DNA of 32,000 bases from Candidatus Heimdallarchaeota archaeon (GTDB lineage Archaea; Asgardarchaeota; Heimdallarchaeia; Heimdallarchaeales; Heimdallarchaeaceae), in NCBI GenBank assembly GCA_030668875.1, contig DAOVER010000002.1:1-32000 (forward strand), written 5' to 3'. Positions 1 to 6,971 of the stretch are shown here, in pieces; position 1 is the stretch's first letter; each line of letters starts with the position of its first letter. Made by a program: the position numbers and the translations under genes. The notes below the pieces were generated by a model. The model saw nothing but the letters and a program-made list of their open reading frames with translations, was not told the origin of the DNA and made no database searches.

Positions 1-17
1 TTATCATTGTTGTTTAC

Positions 18-242
18 TTGATAACTAAGAAAAGAGATGTACTATACATGATTATTGTCTGTACGCTTGAATTCCCTCTATTTGTGTTTCTAGCATATTG
101 TGACCAGATGATAACTCTTGCTACCCTAGTTGTGCTAGGAGGATTGGTGTATATAAGAGAACCTCTAAAAACACATGCAAAACGAGCCATGGACCTTAAG
201 CTAGCTAAAAAACAGTTAAAGCATGAAAAACAACACCACTAA
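18..242 (+). CDS. Small hypothetical membrane protein (may be 5'-truncated by the window edge; alternative ATG at 48)
   Basis: Two hydrophobic segments followed by a basic tail; the frame is open to the window start; T-rich tract follows. Confidence 0.55.
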   Translation: MITKKRDVLYMIIVCTLEFPLFVFLAYCDQMITLATLVVLGGLVYIREPLKTHAKRAMDLKLAKKQLKHEKQHH

Positions 243-354
243 AACTAACAAAATTCCCTCTTTTTTCTTTTTAAAATAACATAAAATCTCCTTGTTGGAA
301 GGTGAACTACTTAGAACAAAGGACGAGAAGGTCTAGAATTTTCTGTAATTTCAG

Positions 355-705
355 TTATCGCAGATTTAAAGAAATCATAGAAATTACTAATGCAGTTATT
401 GATAGAACTATCGCACTCCATGAAGCTAAAACCTCTAATATTGCTGTTTCACGTTCTTTCATTGTTCTTATCTCTATTGCTAAAGATTCAAGTTCTTTTG
501 TTAGCATAATGTTTGCTAAGTTAAGTTTAATCATTTCTCGTTCTTCTAACCATTTGTAGAAACTTGTTACTTCATCAAAGCCTTTTTCCAATTCCTTCTT
601 TTTCTTGTTCAATTTGAAAATATTGATGACTGTTGTGTCCTTTAGGATTTTTAAGAAGTAATCATCTTTTTGTTTTCTAAATTCATTAATAATATCAACA
701 ATCAT
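355..705 (-). CDS. Hypothetical protein, charged helical region with C-terminal TM helix
   Basis: 116-aa ORF with Lys/Glu-rich helices and hydrophobic C-terminus (VLASWSAIVLSITALVISMISL). Confidence 0.65.
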   Translation of the reverse strand: MIVDIINEFRKQKDDYFLKILKDTTVINIFKLNKKKKELEKGFDEVTSFYKWLEEREMIKLNLANIMLTKELESLAIEIRTMKERETAILEVLASWSAIVLSITALVISMISLNLR

Positions 706-873
706 CCATCCTGCAGAGCTTTTATCTTTCCCAGTAGTATCTTTGCTTGTAAAGAGAACATCTAACTAATTTAGTCTTTTTTCATTTAAAATATCAGCAA
801 ACATACATCTAGTATTCTTAAACGCTTATAATTGTGTTTTGCTTTTTTATACTTAAAACTAGTTTAACAGCTG

Positions 874-1113
874 ATGAGTGAATATTCTGATTATCAGGTA
901 ACAGCTGTAGAATATGAATCAGAGAAAGCTTTCTTTGCCAAGATTAAGAATTTGACAGAGATTTGTATTTGGATTCCTAAATCAGTTGTTGGTCCTGAAA
1001 GAAAAATTAAGCAATGGTTCATAGATCAGAAAAAGAAAGAATTGCTCGAACATGAGAGAATGAAGAAACAGAAAACAATGACAGATTTCATTAGTCGAAA
1101 AACTGCTATTTAG
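874..1113 (+). CDS. Small hypothetical protein of a type seen in viruses/mobile elements
   Basis: 79 aa with an ESEKAFF...IWIPKS pattern I associate with small viral proteins (recollection, not searched); TATA-like ttttatacttaa upstream. Confidence 0.65.
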   Translation: MSEYSDYQVTAVEYESEKAFFAKIKNLTEICIWIPKSVVGPERKIKQWFIDQKKKELLEHERMKKQKTMTDFISRKTAI

Positions 1114-1176
1114 TCTCAACTTGGTTGAAACTAAGATGTATTACAGTAGTTTTTAAAATAATTGGCTCAAGAATAA

Positions 1177-1869
1177 ATGGTTAAATTGAACAAATGCAAA
1201 GAAAGATTTTCACCCATTTGGGATTTTGTGAAAGGGAAGTGGAAATTAATATTAACCGTGCTTTTTTTGACAGGTATAGTTATACTTACAATTTTACTAA
1301 ACTACTTTGGGTATTTAGATACATATCAATTTCTAACAGATCTTTTCTCTGGATTGATTATTGTCATAACAGGTTGGATTTTAGCATGGATAATTGTTCA
1401 TAGATATCAAAGAAGAAACATTGATACTCAAAACAAGAATAAGCTGATTGAAGAGATTGCAGCATTTAAAATATCATTGCGTGAAACCACTCGAGCATGG
1501 TTCAGATGTGCAGATGACATAGACAACAAAAATTTGTGGTATTCTGCATCTGGTAATAGATTAGATATAGAAACTAAACGAGAGATTCTCTATTTTAAGT
1601 TACTAAATATATATTCTAACTATTTAAAAAAAGAATTTAGGAATGTAACAAAAGAGAATAAATCACCAACTTTCAAGCTTAAAGATTTACGTGAAAGTTT
1701 CGATTATTATGTTAATGAAATTTCAAATGGTTTGAATGCACGTGTTTATGATGATAAATCTTCTAAAAGTATTTCCAAGTACGAAAGGGAAGTGCTTCTG
1801 TATTTATCAGCTATTCTACTAGATATTATAGGAAAACCAATTTCCAAAGAGATTAAGAAAAATAACTAA
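1177..1869 (+). CDS. Hypothetical membrane protein (2 N-terminal TM helices plus soluble domain)
   Basis: 230-aa ORF with two hydrophobic stretches in the first 75 aa. Confidence 0.75.
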   Translation: MVKLNKCKERFSPIWDFVKGKWKLILTVLFLTGIVILTILLNYFGYLDTYQFLTDLFSGLIIVITGWILAWIIVHRYQRRNIDTQNKNKLIEEIAAFKISLRETTRAWFRCADDIDNKNLWYSASGNRLDIETKREILYFKLLNIYSNYLKKEFRNVTKENKSPTFKLKDLRESFDYYVNEISNGLNARVYDDKSSKSISKYEREVLLYLSAILLDIIGKPISKEIKKNN

Positions 1870-2068
1870 TTTGAATTGTGAGGGTAGAGGCGGTTTTTTC
1901 ACAGAATGTTGTTAAGTGTGACAATATAATACTATCCTCTTTGTTTCCACGTGGAAACACTTTTTCTTTAGTTGGGAACTTTGATTCAATAAAAGCTAGA
2001 AATAGAAGCATAGCTAAAGGGATAGCACTTATTATTATGGTAGTTAGAAGCGTCTCGTTAATGCTCAT
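1853..2068 (-). CDS. Small membrane protein (71 aa)
   Basis: ATG at 2068 preceded by SD-like AAGAAGGGGGG; N-terminal TM helix LLTTIIISAIPLAMLLFLAFI. Confidence 0.5.
   Translation of the reverse strand: MSINETLLTTIIISAIPLAMLLFLAFIESKFPTKEKVFPRGNKEDSIILSHLTTFCEKTASTLTIQISYFS
1942..1959. promoter_or_regulatory. 18-bp perfect palindrome TGTTTCCACGTGGAAACA
   Basis: Read directly; shares the 12-bp core TTCCACGTGGAA with 3492-3509. Confidence 0.6.
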
Positions 2069-2490
2069 CGTCTCAACCCCCCTTCTTTTTATCTATTATT
2101 GGTTGATCAGTGTCGGGGATTTTGGGCGAGAGGGAAGAGAACCCAAGACGAGAGTTTTTTCTTGTGGGGCGATGATTGGCAGGGAAGAGGGGTTAAGACA
2201 CTGTGCGAGGGTTTTGAGTGCGTTATCTAGTGTGTAAGTGCGATATATCGGGAAATATATAGATGGCATATATAGGGGGGCTATATATCATCAGAGAGTG
2301 TTTTATCTTAAAACATCGGCATTCCATCGTAATAAAGCATGTTACATGATAGCAAACAGTTGTTTCAGACTAGTTAGACTGTATCACCCCCCTATTTTAT
2401 CGTCTCAAGCCTCCTCTTTTTTACCTATATTCTGTTGTTGGTTTGATAGGGGGAGTTTTGCAGGGGAAAGGGACATGAGACGAGAGGAAA
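2041..2490. other. Candidate replication origin / structured non-coding region
   Basis: Two 88-nt elements (2067-2154, 2399-2486) with shared ends flank a TATATA cluster and several short inverted repeats and G/C runs; no convincing ORF. Confidence 0.5.
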
Positions 2491-2539
2491 AGAAAGGGGT
2501 GGTACGGAGATAAGGATCTAAAGAAAAGATTGTCGGAAA

Positions 2540-2740
2540 TTATTTCCGTTTTCCGTATAGGACACCTAATAGGTGGGGTATACGTTTCGGATTCCGTTTT
2601 ATAATCTCTTGTTTCAGCCTTTTCAATGGTGAATATCGTTGTTTTAAGCTTTTCTGGAAACTGTATAATTTAGGTGAAAAAGGAGTGAAAATAGTAGAAA
2701 AGTTGTCTTTATTTACCCAAATTCGAACTATATTACTCAT
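2540..2740 (-). CDS. Small basic protein, possibly ribbon-helix-helix DNA-binding
   Basis: 66 aa from ATG 2740; N-terminus NIVRIWVNKDNFSTI fits a beta-strand-then-helix RHH pattern; weak. Confidence 0.4.
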   Translation of the reverse strand: MSNIVRIWVNKDNFSTIFTPFSPKLYSFQKSLKQRYSPLKRLKQEIIKRNPKRIPHLLGVLYGKRK

Positions 2741-2897
2741 TTTCGAGTAACTATTTTCTAGCAAAACGGAAATTCTGGATTTTGATATTTAGATCCATTA
2801 CATAATAATGGTATTGTTTTGACCTACGTGGACAATCTGTCTATGCAGGTATGATCTAAACTACCTGATGTAATGGTGTCCATTTTGGATACTGTTA

Positions 2898-3239
2898 GTT
2901 GCAATTGATGAATCAGGGAGAGAGTAAATGCAACAAAGTAGAAGAAGCTCTAGATATGATTAAAGAAGCTATAGTTGCAATTGATGAATCAGGGAGAGAG
3001 TAAATGCAACAACGATTACTCTTATGATGTATATTTAGATGAAAATTATCTGTTGCAATTGATGAATCAGGGAGAGAGTAAATGCAACGGATCTTCTTTC
3101 TTGTGCTCTGGAGAACAACTTACTGTGTTGCAATTGATGAATCAGGGAGAGAGTAAATGCAACACTGTAACCATTTCTGAAAAGTGTACTTATTCTATTA
3201 TCGTTGCAATTGATGAATCAGGGAGAGAGTAAATGCAAC
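2898..3239. CRISPR. Mini CRISPR array: 5 identical 37-bp repeats GTTGCAATTGATGAATCAGGGAGAGAGTAAATGCAAC, 4 spacers (39, 41, 38, 39 bp)
   Basis: Repeats at 2898-2934, 2974-3010, 3052-3088, 3127-3163 and 3203-3239; terminal inverted GTTGCA/TGCAAC; unique spacers. Orientation unresolved. Confidence 0.97.
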
Positions 3240-3491
3240 ACAATGAAACAGAAAAGGCTACAGAAAAGTTATTGAATAAGAAAATATTCCGAGGATTCTT
3301 TATTAGAAGGCTTTTAAACCGACTATTAAAAAATATAAGGGATAAATTATGACTTGGGGCTTTGGTTCTCCGAGAGAATACGTTATTTCCCACGATAACC
3401 GTTTCCTTAATGCAATTAAGAAAGAGCACAATAAAACATGAATCTCTTTAGAGCTGCTTACTATAAAGGCTTGAAGTCTCAATTTCATATT

Positions 3492-3509
3492 TTATTCCAC
3501 GTGGAATAA
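3492..3509. promoter_or_regulatory. 18-bp perfect palindrome TTATTCCACGTGGAATAA
   Basis: Read directly; same core as 1942-1959. Confidence 0.6.
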
Positions 3510-3553
3510 TTTCTGTTTTCTTGATCAAGTTATTCTAACCATTCTTTTATTTC

Positions 3554-3691
3554 TCATTGGTCCGAACAAATCAGCTTAAATTTACATTTCTGACATTTTT
3601 TAGAATAAAAATTCCATCTAGAACAATTGCTGGCTTTAGCTTTTTCAATTGTTGGTAGATCCTTGTAAGTTAAATTAGCAGCAGGTTGCAT
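3554..3691 (-). CDS. 45-aa four-cysteine microprotein (absent from the ORF track)
   Basis: My translation: MQPAANLTYKDLPTIEKAKASNCSRWNFYSKKCQKCKFKLICSDQ. ATG directly follows the upstream stop (TAAATG), with AAGGAAGG upstream; motif C-x9-C-x2-C-x5-C. Confidence 0.6.
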   Translation of the reverse strand: MQPAANLTYKDLPTIEKAKASNCSRWNFYSKKCQKCKFKLICSDQ

Positions 3692-5011
3692 TTAGTTTCC
3701 TTCCTTTATTCTGTAAATCTTCTTTCTAGCTCCTTTGCCTTCTCGTTCTTCTTTGAGAGCTGTTATTTTTCCTAAATCTACTAGCTTCCTGATATGATAA
3801 TAGATCCGATTATAATCTAATTGTAAAGTTGTCATAAAGTCCTGGAGAGTATAGCTTTTTTCAGCAAGTAGTTTAAGTATTTCTGTCTGTAAGGAGTCAC
3901 TCCTAGCTTGGTTAGTTCTACTTACTTTGAGAAGTTGTATTTCCTCAGCTAGAAATTCACTCTCTTTTTTCATATTTGTATCATGATTCAGGATAAGATC
4001 AGCTTGATGGTCCATTCTCTGCAGTAGCATTAAATCATTAGTTGCTGTTTGTAGCTGGTATTGGGCTAGCTGATTGACATTATTATCAACTCTTCTTAAT
4101 AAATTATGATTTTCATAATAATCACTATCTAGCTGTTGGACCACATTTCTATTGTAATCTAACACAGAATTAAGTTTAGAAAAACTTTGATTGCTCGAGA
4201 TTGTAAATTGCTTAAGTACAGTATTCATTTTATTGAAAACAGTCCCAATACCTAAGTCTCTCTCATTCCTTTCAAGCTGTTTAATCATTCTATCAACAGG
4301 TATATCTACACGGCTTAATTGGACTTCTTTTCGTAGTCCTTCTTTCTTATTGTAAGCTGTTAAAAGAATATTTTCAAAAGCTTGCACACTAATATAATTA
4401 GCTCCTGCTATTCTCTGAAAATCATAATCTTGGTTCAAATCTAAATTTACTAACTGCATTTTATTATGATCGCTCTTTATACTTTTCAAGTGTAAGACCG
4501 TATCAATTGCAACAATCAAAGAGCGGAATTGATAACAATCTAAAGCTTTCTTCCATCCACTACATTTGAGATCTATCCTGATACTTTGAGTAGCTTTGTA
4601 AAAAGAAAAACGGATAGGTTGATTAAGTTCTAAAAAGGGGACATCTAATTTTTCATCTTTTCTTACAGGGACAGCTCGAATCATAATCATTACTCGATGA
4701 ATGAATAAAGGTTCATCAGGATTGAAAAAGGAATCTAACTCATAAGGGATCTGTTCAAGAGGCTTAGGTTTGAAATGATAGTAGAGATATGGTTTTGTTT
4801 CTGTTCTAGCTATAGAGTATTTTGAGCTGGTTGTTAATCTTGTTAATATTCTTCTAATACTCGAAGCTTTACAATCAGGATAAAGCTGTTTAATGGCTTT
4901 CACTATTTCCCCACAAGTAAGCTTATGATGAGAAGATTCAATTACTGCAATGATAGCTGTAGTTAAGGAAGAATGAATATTCTGTTGAGCTGTATCTTTT
5001 ACTTCTAACAA
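3692..5011 (-). CDS. Putative replication initiator: wHTH + Rep_trans-like catalytic domain + coiled coil + wHTH (~439 aa; ORF track start 5053)
   Basis: SD AGGAGGT 8 nt before TTG at 5011. N- and C-terminal winged-helix patterns. Central motifs LVNLDLNQD and TAYNKKEGLRKE resemble pT181-family RxDxAxD / IRIYNKK / RxE. Confidence 0.6.
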   Translation of the reverse strand: MLEVKDTAQQNIHSSLTTAIIAVIESSHHKLTCGEIVKAIKQLYPDCKASSIRRILTRLTTSSKYSIARTETKPYLYYHFKPKPLEQIPYELDSFFNPDEPLFIHRVMIMIRAVPVRKDEKLDVPFLELNQPIRFSFYKATQSIRIDLKCSGWKKALDCYQFRSLIVAIDTVLHLKSIKSDHNKMQLVNLDLNQDYDFQRIAGANYISVQAFENILLTAYNKKEGLRKEVQLSRVDIPVDRMIKQLERNERDLGIGTVFNKMNTVLKQFTISSNQSFSKLNSVLDYNRNVVQQLDSDYYENHNLLRRVDNNVNQLAQYQLQTATNDLMLLQRMDHQADLILNHDTNMKKESEFLAEEIQLLKVSRTNQARSDSLQTEILKLLAEKSYTLQDFMTTLQLDYNRIYYHIRKLVDLGKITALKEEREGKGARKKIYRIKEGN

Positions 5012-5511
5012 TTTGAATGACCTCCTGAAGTTGAAATGATAAATGAGCGACAAGCGACATAGGGAGATAGGTTAATTGTCGCTCTTTTTTCAAAAATTTT
5101 GAAAGTGATAATCTGTTGAATAAGAACCTTTGAAACAATAAATAAGCTAATAATTGTTACTAATATTTTTAAAGAATGTTTTTCAAAAATATAGGTAGTT
5201 GAGACAATTACTTTTTCAAAAATAATCTGTTTAACCTTCCTTTTTAGAAGGTAGTGTTTACATACGAAATACGGGTGAATAACAACAGTAGAGCTTATTA
5301 AACCCTTAATTTCCTCTGGACAATGATTCAAAGGATCTACTAGATGGTTAACTAAGTTATTCAAAGTGACAAGAAGGTATAAAGTCGTTTTAGAACCTCT
5401 GAAGCTCTCTGCCTTACATTTTCCTATTATACCCTTATCAGAAGGTAACTTATTAGAAGGAGTTCTAATTAAGAAGGGAGTACCTTTGCTTCGAGTGGAG
5501 ATTGTCTCCAA
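5005..5511 (-). CDS. Possible hypothetical protein (168 aa)
   Basis: Its stop overlaps the TTG start of the putative Rep, but the sequence has no recognisable features and spans repeated 12-mers; may be non-coding. Confidence 0.25.
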   Translation of the reverse strand: METISTRSKGTPFLIRTPSNKLPSDKGIIGKCKAESFRGSKTTLYLLVTLNNLVNHLVDPLNHCPEEIKGLISSTVVIHPYFVCKHYLLKRKVKQIIFEKVIVSTTYIFEKHSLKILVTIISLFIVSKVLIQQIITFKIFEKRATINLSPYVACRSFIISTSGGHSNC

Positions 5512-5803
5512 TCGTCAAAAGCAATATTCTATAAATTACGTGCTAATTTTGGGTGATGGGTGGGTCTAGTCTTAGTTGTTAAAGAAGAAATTTCCAGAAA
5601 CCTTCTGATCCAACAATTTGAAAAAAAGAACTTTAAAAATAATTCAGTTGGTTTCGAAATTTATATTTATATAAGGTTGGGAGAAAATTAACTAGTTCTA
5701 CTAAGCTATTTATCGATGCTATTATAGTTTTGTCTTTTGAGAAATAATGTGAACAAAATAGCTAAGTTCATTTTATTAAGTTTCTAATTCTCTCTCTGTT
5801 AGT

Positions 5804-6971
5804 TTATTGAGTAGTCTCCTCTAGCGCTGTTATAGAATCCCTAGTTCCTGGTATTAAATCAATTGATAGAAGAATGTCAACTTCGATTCCTTGTTTATTA
5901 ATGAACTTTGTCTCATATACTTTTGGTACTGATTCAGGATCGATTCTTCTTTGTTTATGCAATTCAAGTAATCTTTGTAATTCTACATTAGGAATGTGAT
6001 TTGTCCAACTCATTTTTCCTTCTACCTCCTCTTTGGTGAAGCCAGTTATTCGTTCAAACTGCGAATTTACTCTTTTCATTATTGTATCTTCGCCAAAGAT
6101 ACATATTGCAGATGAACTAATTTCGAAAATAGATTGATAGAGATTGTGTGATCTTATCAATTCATTCTCTGCATTTTTTTGTTCTGAGATATCCCGGAAT
6201 ATTCCTAAGAGGTAGCTCCCATCATTAGTTTCAATAATATTAGAACTTATACTTACTGGGATCCGTTCATTATTAGTTGTTAAAATCTCAGATTCATAGA
6301 CGAATATTTTTCCAGAAGCATGGACGTTAAAAGCTTCCATTGTCTTTTTTATGCGGTCATGTGGATGAAGGTCATCTGCATTCATTTTCGTGATGTCGTA
6401 ATAAGTTTTACCTATCAATTTTTCTGCTTGTTGATTGCAATCTATCAATTTTCTTGTAATTGGATCTGCTACAAAAACAGCATCGGGAATTGTTTCGAAT
6501 AGATTTCTATATTTTATCTCGCTAGCAAGTAATGCTTCTTTTGTTTCCAAACTATCTATTATTTCAATGATTTTATGGTAGAGTTCTATAAATTGACTTT
6601 TAGCCTCTCCTCCTTTAAGAACATATCCTGCAGCACCTAGAGTAAATGCTTCAACAACTACTTCTTCCCTTCCTCTTCCTGTAAAAGATAACAAAAGGAG
6701 TGTCGATATTATGTCTTTTTAACTCCTTCAATATTTCCAAACCATTTGTGTCTATCATAAGATAATCACAAATAATAAGATCAAATTTGTTTTCCTTTAT
6801 TTTTGATACAGCTTCTGCAGGATTAACCTGTGAATCAATCACAAAAGAGTCATTACTTAGCCTTCGCAAGTAATTTTTGCTAATGTTAAGAAAATCTTCA
6901 TCATCATCAATATGAATAATTCTAACTATATTACTACTTTCTTTTTGGATTTTTAATCCATTTTCAACCAT
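5804..6971 (-). pseudogene. REC-PAS-PAS signalling protein split by a +1 frameshift
   Basis: Receiver N-part (IIHIDDDEDFL...DLIICDYLM) in 6651-6971 continues as FTGRGREE in another frame. One extra T at 6683-6686 (ATCTTTTACA vs expected ATC TTT ACA). Confidence 0.8.

Larger units (their letters stand above)
1..5600. mobile_element. Probable integrated plasmid/virus-like element (right-hand part; boundaries approximate, left end likely outside the window)
   Basis: Cluster of short orphan ORFs, a putative Rep protein, a structured non-coding origin-like block and a Cas-less mini CRISPR array. It switches abruptly to recognisable host genes after ~5800. No integrase or att site seen. Confidence 0.7.

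Noticed and set aside
2111-2500. Possible G-quadruplexes from G-runs
   Set aside because: No set of four G3+ runs with short loops; the runs are already explained by hairpins and SD-like motifs.
1878-2513. + strand ORFs of 119 and 91 aa
   Set aside because: GTG starts, atypical composition, and they run through the repeat/hairpin block; the first is antisense to a better-supported ORF.
2975-3232. 85-aa + strand ORF with repeated LQLMNQGESKCN
   Set aside because: Artefact of translating the CRISPR repeats and spacers.
3190-3488. Two - strand ORFs (79 and 61 aa) at the array's right flank
   Set aside because: They overlap a repeat or the AT-rich leader-like region; no SD or recognisable domain.
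3692-5053. Idea that the large ORF is a known Cas effector (Cas12f/TnpB, Cas1, Cas6)
   Set aside because: No RuvC triad, zinc ribbon, Cas1 or RAMP glycine-loop motifs recognisable.
3300-5460. TTATTAGAAGG at 3300-3310 and 5450-5460
   Set aside because: One 11-bp AT-rich match within 5.6 kb is expected by chance.
5500-5800. Search for a tRNA or att site at the element's right boundary
   Set aside because: No cloverleaf or T-loop motif and no direct repeat partner seen in the window; boundary left approximate.
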